From positions 165,430 to 229,429 of the IMG/VR virus record IMGVR_UViG_3300028676_000005: a stretch of DNA of 64,000 bases; one strand, written 5' to 3'. Positions 18,056 to 27,710 of this stretch are shown here, piece by piece. Within the stretch, counting starts at the first letter, position 1. The number at the start of each line of letters is the position of its first letter. Position numbers and translations under genes: made by a program. Below the pieces are notes generated by a model. That model was given only the letters and a program-made list of their open reading frames with translations, searched no databases and was not told where the DNA came from.

Positions 18056-18511
18056 TTACTTAGGCAACGCCTTTTTAAATGGTTCCAGATCTACTTCCCA
18101 AACTTTTGCTGCCTTGGGTTTCGAAGGAACCATGTCAAATGAAAGTGTGCCAATAAAAAGCAGGGAGCTATCCAGTAGCACCACACTAGCCAGTTTGCCA
18201 ATCTCAGCAGAACCAACTGGTGTGTAATCAACGTCTTTAAGGATAGGGAACCCATACAGTTTAGAGAACCGTTGGATAACATCATCCATAGGCTCACCGT
18301 TAACAACTTCCACAGTCAAAGGATAAGCACCCAACCGACTTACAACTGAAGTCTTTTCAAAAGGAATGGTTACCTCTTGACCCTCAGATCGAGAAAAGAC
18401 AACTTTGCTAGTAGTTGGACTTACCACTTCAGCGTTGATAAATTCACAGCCCACCGGCAAACTACCCAGCAGGATTTTAAGTTGTTGCGGGTGAATGGTA
18501 TCTTTGTTCAT
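18056..18511 (-). CDS. Small putative virion protein
   Basis: ~151 aa, TGATG overlap; YG..L..D....S..F.G.L pattern typical of jumbo-phage virion domains. Confidence 0.65.
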   Translation of the reverse strand: MNKDTIHPQQLKILLGSLPVGCEFINAEVVSPTTSKVVFSRSEGQEVTIPFEKTSVVSRLGAYPLTVEVVNGEPMDDVIQRFSKLYGFPILKDVDYTPVGSAEIGKLASVVLLDSSLLFIGTLSFDMVPSKPKAAKVWEVDLEPFKKALPK

Positions 18512-19950
18512 CACTCAGTACCTTTTTTAGGTGGAGTTTTAGCTTTAGGGGCTTTCTCTTCACCAGCGCCAGCGTCGTTACCACCCTTGGTAAAGATCTT
18601 GGGGGTAATGCCTCTGATGGCTTTCTTAACACCGTTAACGATTTTCTTTTGGGCACCGGCCTGTGCCTTAACTTCTTTAAGCGCTTCTTTGGCCTTGGCA
18701 ATCTTGTCGCTTACATCAGTTTTGGTATTAGCGGCAACGTCTTTATTGTCACCGCTAGTACTTGATGCTTTGCTGTTAGATGCTTTGAGATCGTCTAGAG
18801 CTTTTTGGGCTTTAGCAATCTTTTCACCCAGTTTACCGCTTTTACCCAATTGTTTACTAAGAAATCCCGTAAGGCCATCGATGACACGACTACCATCACC
18901 AGCAGTATTGAGAGAAGAAACAATACGAGCCATGGCTCCGGTACTATCGGTAGTCTTCGCGAGCTGTAGGATTCCTGCTTTGGCGGCGTCATTAATCCGT
19001 ACCCCTTTATCCGTCATGGATTGGATGGCTTTCTTATTGTTCTCGCCAACTTCGGCGTTGTCCTTGACCTCCTCTTCGGCGGCTTCTGAACTGAACAAAT
19101 CAATGAAAGACTTGAGGGCATCACGACACCACTCATATGCTTTGGTTCCCATCTCTTTGATGGAATCCATTACTCCTTCTTCGTTACCTTGCAGCAAGCG
19201 CAGCTCAAGACTGTTAGCAAAGAACACACCGGCTGCGTAATGCGCCGCTGGGGTGCGCTTATTGTTCAACAGGTCTTCAAGCCCTTCCAACACCATTGTG
19301 GGGTGTTCCAAAGAGCAACCGCACTCACAGCCAGCAGTTTCGCTACACTCAACCCCAGCAACAAAATCAGGCTCTTCATCAAGGGCCAAACTACTGTAAT
19401 CACCTGGTGCAAATTCTTCAACCCCAGCGAGCATGCCATTGTGCGAAACAATAAACGTATCGACAATTTCCAACACACGTTCGCAGTAAGCAAACCGACC
19501 AATCAGGTAATGTAGATTATCGAGTTGATCAAGACCATCGAAACGCCCTTTAAGGTCCATGATGAGCGAGTTGGCTTCATCGATCCAAAGCTCAACACCA
19601 GAATCCTGATCTTTATCTTTACTGCGGTTACCCGCCGCACATGCCATGATAGCAATAGTGCGGAAATCTTCACGGATGCCATTTGTCATGTTGAGATGCA
19701 ACGTTACCAGGTAGCTGTTAAGCGCCTTGTTAACTTTCATCTCATTGGCATCAAAGTAAGCAATATCGTTAGACATTGCACTTAGTACTTGATAAGCCCG
19801 TTCCAAACGATCCTGGTCAGTTACCTCAGAATCTAAATCCATCCCTGCGTTACTAAACATCCGCCACAGGACTGGGTTACCCTCTCGCGTTGGATGTTCC
19901 TTAGACGAGAGGAGGAGACCCAATAGCTCCAATTCAAATTTAGCTTTCAT
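18511..19950 (-). CDS. Putative internal head protein
   Basis: 479 aa; multiple G-x-E sites, QGNEEG followed by amphipathic helix, K/A-rich C-terminus. Confidence 0.75.
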   Translation of the reverse strand: MKAKFELELLGLLLSSKEHPTREGNPVLWRMFSNAGMDLDSEVTDQDRLERAYQVLSAMSNDIAYFDANEMKVNKALNSYLVTLHLNMTNGIREDFRTIAIMACAAGNRSKDKDQDSGVELWIDEANSLIMDLKGRFDGLDQLDNLHYLIGRFAYCERVLEIVDTFIVSHNGMLAGVEEFAPGDYSSLALDEEPDFVAGVECSETAGCECGCSLEHPTMVLEGLEDLLNNKRTPAAHYAAGVFFANSLELRLLQGNEEGVMDSIKEMGTKAYEWCRDALKSFIDLFSSEAAEEEVKDNAEVGENNKKAIQSMTDKGVRINDAAKAGILQLAKTTDSTGAMARIVSSLNTAGDGSRVIDGLTGFLSKQLGKSGKLGEKIAKAQKALDDLKASNSKASSTSGDNKDVAANTKTDVSDKIAKAKEALKEVKAQAGAQKKIVNGVKKAIRGITPKIFTKGGNDAGAGEEKAPKAKTPPKKGTE

Positions 19951-19958
19951 GAGTCACC

Positions 19959-20312
19959 TTATTTAGTTTTCAAAACCAAGACACCGGTGTAGATCGGCGA
20001 CTTAGTAATCTCTACATTGACAATGTTCGCATCACCGCTGAGAACCACTTCACTGACTGCCAGGTCGTCGATACCAAAGTAAGCAACCCATGCTTTAAAT
20101 ACAGCGGTGTAATCGGTAACATCTACTTCCTCGTAGATCTTCCCCGCAGGGATAACCTGGGTACCAAACAGGTTTTCCAGATTTACTTTCTTGACTACAA
20201 TTACTTCACTTTGTGTAACGATCTTAAACAAAGAACCGTTAACGTTAACAACACGCCCTGGGGTATCTTTGATGAACTGATCGACGATAAGAGCTTTGCT
20301 AATAACGGTCAT
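19959..20312 (-). CDS. Small putative virion protein
   Basis: 117 aa, ATGA overlap, KVNLENLFG...FG...SPIYTGVL pattern. Confidence 0.65.
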   Translation of the reverse strand: MTVISKALIVDQFIKDTPGRVVNVNGSLFKIVTQSEVIVVKKVNLENLFGTQVIPAGKIYEEVDVTDYTAVFKAWVAYFGIDDLAVSEVVLSGDANIVNVEITKSPIYTGVLVLKTK

Positions 20313-21385
20313 TTGTCTTCGCCCTCTTTCTTGGAAGGTTTGTCAACAGCTACAGTGGCTACTGACAAAGCGGAGTTAATAGCTTTGAAGAAAACAGTCT
20401 CCAAAGTCTTGATGTTTGCCATCGCCATGTTGACAATTTGTTTAGTATCGTCAGCAACCTTTTTGGCAGTGGCTGGATTATCAATCTCCAACTGTTGCCC
20501 TACAGCAATTGCTTTATTGAGCGTGGCGATTAACACATTTTCCAGCTCAGTAATTTCTTTAGTGTAATCACCAAAGTCATCATTAGTCTTGCTGATTGCA
20601 TTAATGGCGCCGTTAACCGAGCTAGTGGTAGCTTTATATTTCAAACCGTTGACGGCTTTAGTAATACCGGCAGTAGGCTTGGCAACCAGACGGCCTTTAG
20701 GGTTAACGGTCAGCGTAACACCGCCAACAAAAGCACCTGGCTTGACTACCTTACCAAGATTAGTAACAAACTCGGTCTCTGCATTCTTAAAGCCTTCAGC
20801 AGCATGACTGAGCTGGCCTTCGTTAATAGTCAGACCATTGATCTTCTGAACATATTCTTTAAGACACTTAATGTAACCAACACCAACTTCATTGATTGCT
20901 TTACCAACTTCAGCAACCTTAGTTGGAACCCAGTTGATGTCACTACCTGGCTTACCTGGGGCATTCCAAATAGCGGTGTAGTCTTTAGGGTAAAGAACAT
21001 CACCTTCCTTAACACCAACTTCTTTAACAACCTTGATGAGCTTTTCAGTGGCTTGATCGGTAGCACGTTTCTTGCTGGTAAAGAAACTGAAGAGCCATTT
21101 AAAGAACTTCTTAATGTTCTCAACCATGTAGGTTAGACCACTCTTAATGGTAGACCAAATGCCTTCGTTACCTGCAACGTCAGGAGTTACATGTTGGAGG
21201 TTACGCTGCAAGAACTGATAGTAGGCTTCCTTACCGGCAACCTCACCATTACCGTTGTACTCGTCGGCAAGTTCTTGTACATCGGCATCGCTTTCAACCA
21301 GCCCGGAATCAGGGTTGCTTGCTTCCCATACCTCTTTTACGGTTGGGGTGTTTACATAACGCAAATTAAGCACAGTATCGGACAT
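20309..21385 (-). CDS. Putative internal head protein
   Basis: AGNEGIWSTIK..IKKFFKWLFSFF motif; start moved to ATG 21385. Confidence 0.75.
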   Translation of the reverse strand: MSDTVLNLRYVNTPTVKEVWEASNPDSGLVESDADVQELADEYNGNGEVAGKEAYYQFLQRNLQHVTPDVAGNEGIWSTIKSGLTYMVENIKKFFKWLFSFFTSKKRATDQATEKLIKVVKEVGVKEGDVLYPKDYTAIWNAPGKPGSDINWVPTKVAEVGKAINEVGVGYIKCLKEYVQKINGLTINEGQLSHAAEGFKNAETEFVTNLGKVVKPGAFVGGVTLTVNPKGRLVAKPTAGITKAVNGLKYKATTSSVNGAINAISKTNDDFGDYTKEITELENVLIATLNKAIAVGQQLEIDNPATAKKVADDTKQIVNMAMANIKTLETVFFKAINSALSVATVAVDKPSKKEGEDK

Positions 21386-21440
21386 GATAGAAATACCTGG
21401 CAATGAATAGAGGCGACCTATAGCATTTAAATAAAAATGC

Positions 21441-21493
21441 AAAAAAAAGAAATAGTAAATACCACCACCAGGTTTCCCCAGTGGTGGTATTTA
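21441..21493 (-). terminator. Intrinsic terminator
   Basis: 13-bp stem TAAATACCACCAC/GTGGTGGTATTTA followed by T-run on - strand. Confidence 0.8.
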
Positions 21494-21509
21494 TTTAGAG
21501 CAGACCAGC

Positions 21510-22805
21510 TTAAGCAGCGTTGCCGAAGCCGATGTGAGCGCTGACGCTGTCCAGGATAGCGCCGATACCGTTCAGCACGGTACGTTCTACGTTGGAAGTC
21601 ATCTTGGCGGCCAGGCCGTAGGTTGCTTTAACAACAGCAACTTTGCTTGCCACGTCGGATTTCTTGTCAGCGTCGCCGGCGGACAGGTTGTTCAGCTTGC
21701 CGATGATCTGATCGCGAGTAGTGTTGGTGAGCTGTTTGCTCAACTTGCTGTCGCGAGCAGCGGCGATACCAGCCTTGGCGTTGTCCAGGGCGGAGATCAG
21801 GCCGGACTTGTCGGCTTTGGCTTTGACTTCAGCGCCGGAAGTCAGTTTCTTGGCTTCTGGAGCTTTACCAACCGACACGGATACCGAGCGGATTGCCGAA
21901 GCAGCTTCAGCCAGGGTGGTGATCGAAGGATCGGAGAAGCTGGCAACCATGCGGATACCGGCCGACTGAGACAGAGCAACGTCTTTCGAACCTTGCTTCT
22001 TCTCGTTGTACTTGCCGAACGCGCGGGCGTCTTCCTTGATGCCGGAGACCAGTTCGCTGTAGGCGGATTTCACGCCTGCAACGGAGATGCCGTCGACTTT
22101 GGCAGCTTCAGCAACCAGAGCACCGATGCCTTTACCGATACCAGCACCGCCGGCGCCTTTGGTTTTCACGCCTTGACCGGTCAGGCCGGAAGTGGCGTAG
22201 TCGATATGGGCGTTCCAGCTACCCAGTTTGATCTTGTCCTTCAGCTTCGCGCCACCGTTGATACGGGTACGCAGGTTGGCTTCTTGCTTGGCCAGGCCGT
22301 CCAGCTTGTTGAACAGGCTGGTGAAGAAACCGATGATGACGTTGAAGATGTGCTTGATGAAGTTGACCGCGCCCGAGGCCCAGTTCTTCAGGGTTTCACC
22401 GATGGCTTCGATGCCGGAGCGAATGTGCATGTTGGCGGTAGCGGCGTCGGACATCGACTCAGCACCAACGCGGCCAGCTGCGAATTCGCAACCCAGTTTC
22501 TCGCCGAGTTTGACCATGCGGTTGTAGGTCGAAGCGGCCGACACGGAGTTGAAGTTGCCGGAGCTCAGCAGCGATTCCAGACCGTCAACGCATTCCTGCA
22601 CTTCTTCGACAGCTTCTTCCAGCTCTTCGACTTTGTCGACGAGTTGAGCGATTTCGCCGGTTTGCTCTTCGATAGCGGCGGTGGCTTCGGAGACTTCGGC
22701 CTTGATGGTGGCTTCGACTACGTCGCCCACTTCGGAGGCGATGTTCGATGCGGATTCGTCCAGGCCCAGTTCTTCGGCGCCCAGCAGCATGTCAAGTGGG
22801 TTCAT
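21510..22805 (-). CDS. Abundant internal head/ejection protein (phiKZ gp93-family-like)
   Basis: 431 aa; acidic coiled propeptide with GAE/GLE/GAE/GIE sites; strong high-expression codon bias. Confidence 0.8.
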   Translation of the reverse strand: MNPLDMLLGAEELGLDESASNIASEVGDVVEATIKAEVSEATAAIEEQTGEIAQLVDKVEELEEAVEEVQECVDGLESLLSSGNFNSVSAASTYNRMVKLGEKLGCEFAAGRVGAESMSDAATANMHIRSGIEAIGETLKNWASGAVNFIKHIFNVIIGFFTSLFNKLDGLAKQEANLRTRINGGAKLKDKIKLGSWNAHIDYATSGLTGQGVKTKGAGGAGIGKGIGALVAEAAKVDGISVAGVKSAYSELVSGIKEDARAFGKYNEKKQGSKDVALSQSAGIRMVASFSDPSITTLAEAASAIRSVSVSVGKAPEAKKLTSGAEVKAKADKSGLISALDNAKAGIAAARDSKLSKQLTNTTRDQIIGKLNNLSAGDADKKSDVASKVAVVKATYGLAAKMTSNVERTVLNGIGAILDSVSAHIGFGNAA

Positions 22806-22856
22806 CTTGTAGATCCTTTTTCGTTAACGAGAGAAATTTGTGTGTTTGGAAACGTT

Positions 22857-23861
22857 TCACACGAAGACGCCCAGTACACCATGAATGTACCGGTCGGTAT
22901 AACAGACCACTCTTGGAGTGAATCCGCTATAAAATGCGAGAGCTGCTGGTTCACCACCTAACAACTTCTCTGCATCGTTCTGTGCGCTCTTACTAACACG
23001 TTCAAGTTGACTCATGTTAGTCTCAACGGTTTTAACCATCTCGCCCCAAGACTTGATAAAGCTCAGGTAACTTTCATAAGACTGCTTGAAGCGTTTGTGC
23101 ATAGCATTCACTTTATCCAGCTTAGTCAACAAATCGTTGATGTCAGATTTGGATACTGTGGCAGAACCCGCCGACCCCTCAGGTGAGTCTCCGTTCATAA
23201 GATACTTAATATCCGACGAATCAAAAACCATTACCTTACCGCCAGGAAGCACGTCACTGGAGTAGTTAGCCCCATCATGATGTGGAAAATTCATCCCTGG
23301 ATATTTGAGGTCTTCGTACTTATCGATTACTTTGTAAATGTCTTCGGTTGTTTTAACACCCTTGAGTTCACGCAACACCGCCATGCGTTTATCAAGGAAT
23401 GTTAGAAGATCCTTAGCATGTTTATCAACGTGCTCCAACGTTTCCAACAAGGTGTCCATATCCTTGCTGATAGTGGAGTGGTCGCCAGTACTAGTGATGA
23501 GTTTGACCTTGTCCTTAGAGAACTTGATCTCGTTATCGTCGTTCTTGGAAAACTGCGTAATGATCTTTTTAATGAGGACATCGTTGTCGCTAAAGGCACG
23601 GGTGAGCAAGTTGCCAGCACCGCCAAGTACATGAGCAAAGGCAGCTACTGTTTTACCACCGACCCATCCGACAGTAGTAAGAACACCACCGCCTAGGGAT
23701 TTCATACCTTCGCCTAACGTACCCAACACTTCCTGAAAGTCTTCGTTACCAGTCACTGCTTTATGAACCTGGATAGACAATGCTGAAACTTCTTGAGAGT
23801 GCTCAACAAGTTCAGCGTGGTTCTCCAGACCCTGTGCGTACAACATTCTCAGTTCGCTCAT
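22857..23861 (-). CDS. Putative internal head protein
   Basis: 334 aa; GLE/GNE sites, SDVLPGGK motif of head paralog family. Confidence 0.75.
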   Translation of the reverse strand: MSELRMLYAQGLENHAELVEHSQEVSALSIQVHKAVTGNEDFQEVLGTLGEGMKSLGGGVLTTVGWVGGKTVAAFAHVLGGAGNLLTRAFSDNDVLIKKIITQFSKNDDNEIKFSKDKVKLITSTGDHSTISKDMDTLLETLEHVDKHAKDLLTFLDKRMAVLRELKGVKTTEDIYKVIDKYEDLKYPGMNFPHHDGANYSSDVLPGGKVMVFDSSDIKYLMNGDSPEGSAGSATVSKSDINDLLTKLDKVNAMHKRFKQSYESYLSFIKSWGEMVKTVETNMSQLERVSKSAQNDAEKLLGGEPAALAFYSGFTPRVVCYTDRYIHGVLGVFV

Positions 23862-23872
23862 ACCTAACTCCG

Positions 23873-25183
23873 TTATTGTGGAGCATTAGCGCTGATAGAC
23901 GTCTCACACAGTTCAATCAAGCCGTTAAAGACCAGCACCAAGTAATTGTTAACAGAGGCACGAGTGGTAAGCATTTCAGTCTGGTTGTGACGAACGATCG
24001 ACATGAAAGTCGACTGAACAATAGACTTAAGCTCATCATCCATTTGTGACTCGTAAATTGCTTTAACGATGTTGCTAAACTCAACATCATCAACACGATA
24101 GGTCTCCAGACCGTCAGCAGCCTTTTGCCACGACTTGAGCGTGTCTTTAAGCAGCTTAATGATGGAAGCGATATCGGTACTGGACAAAGTCTTAACAGCA
24201 GCCCCAATGCGCGGATAGCTAACTGGAGCGTTATTCTCGAAACCAACACGATCATGACTGATCATACCGGTAACGTATTCCTGAACACCATCGATATCAG
24301 TTGGTGAGTTGTTTACCTTCTCACGACGGATATCGAGGAAGAAGGCACCACCCATCAATTCCACCGACTGCTTAGCAACTGCTTTGCCTGTGGTGTAATC
24401 TTTATTTGGATAAGTGCAATCTTTAAAACGAGCCGAGACCAGTGTCTTAGGCAACAACAGAAAGCGCTCTTTACCTTCTTCTTGCCCAACACCGTCAAAG
24501 CCGCCAAAGTAGCTCATGGTGTTGTTCAGGAAGTTCTTATTGCTAAGCAGGTAATTAGAACTGAGTGCTGAGATGGTGTTGTTCAACTTGGTAACGTTAG
24601 TCACCCAGTTCTCATCCACCTTCTCGTTAACCTTAAACAGGTTAAACAGACGAGTCCCAAGCATGATCTCGGAAGTACCTGCTTTAAAGGTACCAGCCCG
24701 AGCAAGACGCTTTTCAAGAAACTCAACCTGCTCATTCAGGCTATCGATGCTTTCAGTGAATACCAGATACGATTCTCGGAAGATTCGACCAATGGAACTG
24801 GCATACTCTTTACCTTTACGGAAAAAGTCAGCCAGGAAGTTCTCACAGCCAGCCAGGCGCGTTTTAATGTACTCGGCAGGCATGAGTGTAAATCCAAGCT
24901 TTTCAACGCCCACAACGCTTCCTGCTTCGTCTACCGGAAGCTCGACATTCGAACGCTGTAGGAAGTTATCCATTTGGGTAGCGGTCGGGATGTCAATCAT
25001 CGACGGAGGCGTGGAGGTAAGCACCTTCTTGACAATATCGACACGGTCTTTACTGTCTTCCAACTTGTCTTGAAAGTTCTGAAGTTGCGCACCGTCGCGA
25101 GCCATCTCAACAAGTTGAGTAGACTTAACGGTGCTAATCAGCGCCATCTCAGCAGCAAGTTGCAGCTCATCATTGCTCTGCAT
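23873..25183 (-). CDS. Putative internal head protein (phiKZ gp92-like)
   Basis: GVE/GCE sites, SVELMGG motif; start moved to ATG 25183 with GGTGGAG SD. Confidence 0.75.
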   Translation of the reverse strand: MQSNDELQLAAEMALISTVKSTQLVEMARDGAQLQNFQDKLEDSKDRVDIVKKVLTSTPPSMIDIPTATQMDNFLQRSNVELPVDEAGSVVGVEKLGFTLMPAEYIKTRLAGCENFLADFFRKGKEYASSIGRIFRESYLVFTESIDSLNEQVEFLEKRLARAGTFKAGTSEIMLGTRLFNLFKVNEKVDENWVTNVTKLNNTISALSSNYLLSNKNFLNNTMSYFGGFDGVGQEEGKERFLLLPKTLVSARFKDCTYPNKDYTTGKAVAKQSVELMGGAFFLDIRREKVNNSPTDIDGVQEYVTGMISHDRVGFENNAPVSYPRIGAAVKTLSSTDIASIIKLLKDTLKSWQKAADGLETYRVDDVEFSNIVKAIYESQMDDELKSIVQSTFMSIVRHNQTEMLTTRASVNNYLVLVFNGLIELCETSISANAPQ

Positions 25184-25682
25184 AGTAAGTAGCTCCACCC
25201 AGTAGCAAGAATATACGGCAGACGTCCACAGGACCAACACCCGCCATTAAACGAAACAGGTCGAAGTTAAACAACCGTGCCCCATCACGAAGGGTGCCGT
25301 CCAGTGTGCTCTCGGAGCGAGCGCCTGGGGTATACGTTGCTTCATGATAGTGAATGCCTGGACGCAGACGTTCTTCATGAATGTTGATGGAAGTCTTGAT
25401 AGTGAAGTGTCCTACTTTACCGTTGAGGTAATTCAGGATGTCACGTACCAGACCTTGGAGTGGGCTGTCAGCGTTAACACGCATCCAATCCACAAAGTCA
25501 CCGCCAGTCAAAACCTGCGCTGTACGGATGACTTCGATAGGAAGGTAGCCTTCCATAAGAACTGAGAAATCATTGAAGCTATCACGACGCAATGCCGATA
25601 GGTTACGGAACAGCGTGCTAGCTTCGGTCTCGGACACTTGGGCACCAATGTACCCATTGCCGGTATACCGGAAGTCAGTCAT
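25170..25682 (-). CDS. Virion protein (phiKZ gp91-like)
   Basis: 170 aa, TAATG-coupled. Confidence 0.65.
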   Translation of the reverse strand: MTDFRYTGNGYIGAQVSETEASTLFRNLSALRRDSFNDFSVLMEGYLPIEVIRTAQVLTGGDFVDWMRVNADSPLQGLVRDILNYLNGKVGHFTIKTSINIHEERLRPGIHYHEATYTPGARSESTLDGTLRDGARLFNFDLFRLMAGVGPVDVCRIFLLLGGATYYAEQ

Positions 25683-26569
25683 TAATCGTAGTCCCGAATG
25701 ATAGCTTCGATGGTCGCTTCGTTACGAATGATCTTCTCTTGGTAGATCTCGATCTGGTGGTCGATTTGAGGATCGTTCGTGCCGTCACGTTTGTTGACCG
25801 CCTGGGAGATCTTCATGGCGTGAGTTTGGTTCTTTTTGCGCATGTTTTCAATGCGAGCCAGGTTGATATTCTTACGACCCAGACCAATCCAAAAGACTGG
25901 GTTCAGGTTGTGAATACCAAAGCCGCGATCGAGAAGATCGATGCTTTTCTTACCGGCAGTGCTTTCCAGCACACTCAACGAAACCTCGGAGACTTCCACG
26001 TCGGGAATCTTCTCCAGAGTTTGAACCATCAGACGACCACCTTTCAGCAGCTCTACAGTAAACTGCTTGTAGAAGTCCTGGGTACCCAACATCCATTTTT
26101 GATCGTGGACAGAAAGGTATTTGTTAGGATCGGCTTGGGATACCTGAATGGTCAACACCACGTCAACCAGCTTGTTCGAGTAATCAACCCAGAAGCTGAT
26201 GTATTCGATGAGGTTCATGATGTTGGCTTGACGCAGGGTAACTACCTGGCCATCCCAGATCTTGGTGCGATAGCTTTTGATCAGCTTATCGACACCAGGA
26301 AGGATGAAGGCAATGGCCGACAGGCCATACTGAATGGTACCCAGGGTTTCGCTGTTACGGAAACCTTTATCAGCTGCATATTTCAGGATGCTTTTGGTAA
26401 GCGTCCAGCTTTCAGCAGTCTGGTCGAAGGTAGCACCCAGGTTATTAGCCTTGATGTTTTCCAGGTTGGCGGTCAGGTCGTTGACACTAACCTGCAACGC
26501 TGCCATGAACGCGTAGAGCTCTTGATCAGTGAAACTACGTACCTTGCCAGTGTAAGACAAAATATCCAT
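25682..26569 (-). CDS. Inner-body/head protein (phiKZ gp90-like)
   Basis: 295 aa helical protein, GFGIHNLNPVFWIG then C-terminal coiled coil; synteny. Confidence 0.7.
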   Translation of the reverse strand: MDILSYTGKVRSFTDQELYAFMAALQVSVNDLTANLENIKANNLGATFDQTAESWTLTKSILKYAADKGFRNSETLGTIQYGLSAIAFILPGVDKLIKSYRTKIWDGQVVTLRQANIMNLIEYISFWVDYSNKLVDVVLTIQVSQADPNKYLSVHDQKWMLGTQDFYKQFTVELLKGGRLMVQTLEKIPDVEVSEVSLSVLESTAGKKSIDLLDRGFGIHNLNPVFWIGLGRKNINLARIENMRKKNQTHAMKISQAVNKRDGTNDPQIDHQIEIYQEKIIRNEATIEAIIRDYD

Positions 26570-27678
26570 TACATGCCTCCGTTGAGCAGTTTCACGAGGT
26601 CAGACAAATTGTTGCTACCGGAGTCTTTCTTGCTCTTGGTAGCGATGTCTTTACGAGTGTAGATTTCTGGACGAGCGTAGCCGTGGGTGTAGAACGTGAA
26701 AATACCACGGTCTTCATCAACAACAACGATGGTGTTGGCTTTAACAGCTTTGAAGATCTCGTTGCGAGAACTTTCATTGGAGAAGCGGCGGCCAATTGCC
26801 AGTTCCAGTTGTTGCGCTTTATCACTGGAGAAGATGAAGGTGTTAGCCAGGTTGTTAACCGAAACGATACCGGTACGCAAGGCAGCGACGCGGTTGTTGG
26901 TTTCAGCCTTCATTACTTCTTTGTAATAACCGGTCAGGTCTTCATTCTTGATCTTGAAGCGTTCCTTGACAATGTCAGAACCGCTGAGCAACTGAGGAAC
27001 AGTAATCTCTTTGGCAGCTACCATGTCCAGACGTGCAAACAACCCGTCTTCGATCTTGGCAGCAGAGAACACACGTTCCAGGCTCTTGTCATCCATCGGC
27101 ACCGGAATCTGACGGAAGGTGAGAGGGAACTCAAGATCTTTACCAGCTTCGGTAGGAATGGTGGCAATAACAGTACGACCCACAGCGAGAGGGGTGTACT
27201 CATTCAGGTCAGGCATGGTCTTGCCACCGACTTGAACGTAAGGAGTGAGTTCAGCTTCAGTTTTCTGACGCTGTTCTTTACTCTTAATGTTGGTGTCGAT
27301 TTTCTCGATACCAGCCAAAGACATTAAACCTGCGCGCTTAGGGTTGATGGAACCAATGAGGTTCTCAACCTTGACACCCATGCCCACAGAACTCTGCATT
27401 GCCAGGTGAGTCAGCGTTGCAACAATATCGCGAAGGTTGATGATTTGCATCAAATCGGACATGTATTCCTGGTGGATCGAAGAAGCCTCAATTACCACCA
27501 TTGGAGCAATGATTGTGCGGGCCGCGCTGGCCTGTACAGACGTGGTGGTAAGCACATTGTATGAACGCGTCAGGTTGTCTGCCACTTGGGCAGCGTCCTT
27601 GATATCCTTGCTGTCTGGGTAAAGTTGAGCACTCAACCCCATGAGCAGAGATCCCAGACTAAGTACGCTAGAGATCAT
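26569..27678 (-). CDS. Inner-body/head protein (phiKZ gp89-like)
   Basis: ~369 aa, PLAVGRTV motif; start moved to ATG 27678 with GAGGTG SD. Confidence 0.7.
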   Translation of the reverse strand: MISSVLSLGSLLMGLSAQLYPDSKDIKDAAQVADNLTRSYNVLTTTSVQASAARTIIAPMVVIEASSIHQEYMSDLMQIINLRDIVATLTHLAMQSSVGMGVKVENLIGSINPKRAGLMSLAGIEKIDTNIKSKEQRQKTEAELTPYVQVGGKTMPDLNEYTPLAVGRTVIATIPTEAGKDLEFPLTFRQIPVPMDDKSLERVFSAAKIEDGLFARLDMVAAKEITVPQLLSGSDIVKERFKIKNEDLTGYYKEVMKAETNNRVAALRTGIVSVNNLANTFIFSSDKAQQLELAIGRRFSNESSRNEIFKAVKANTIVVVDEDRGIFTFYTHGYARPEIYTRKDIATKSKKDSGSNNLSDLVKLLNGGM

Positions 27679-27710
27679 GAAAAACACCTCAAATTGTTAG
27701 GAACCGAATA

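Noticed and set aside
18071-18079. TTT AAA AAG near the end of 18056-18511 as a slippery site
   Set aside because: Does not fit X_XXY_YYZ in frame, and a terminator follows with no extension ORF.
21534-22961. 475-aa + strand ORF
   Set aside because: Shadow of the highly biased head-protein gene on the - strand.
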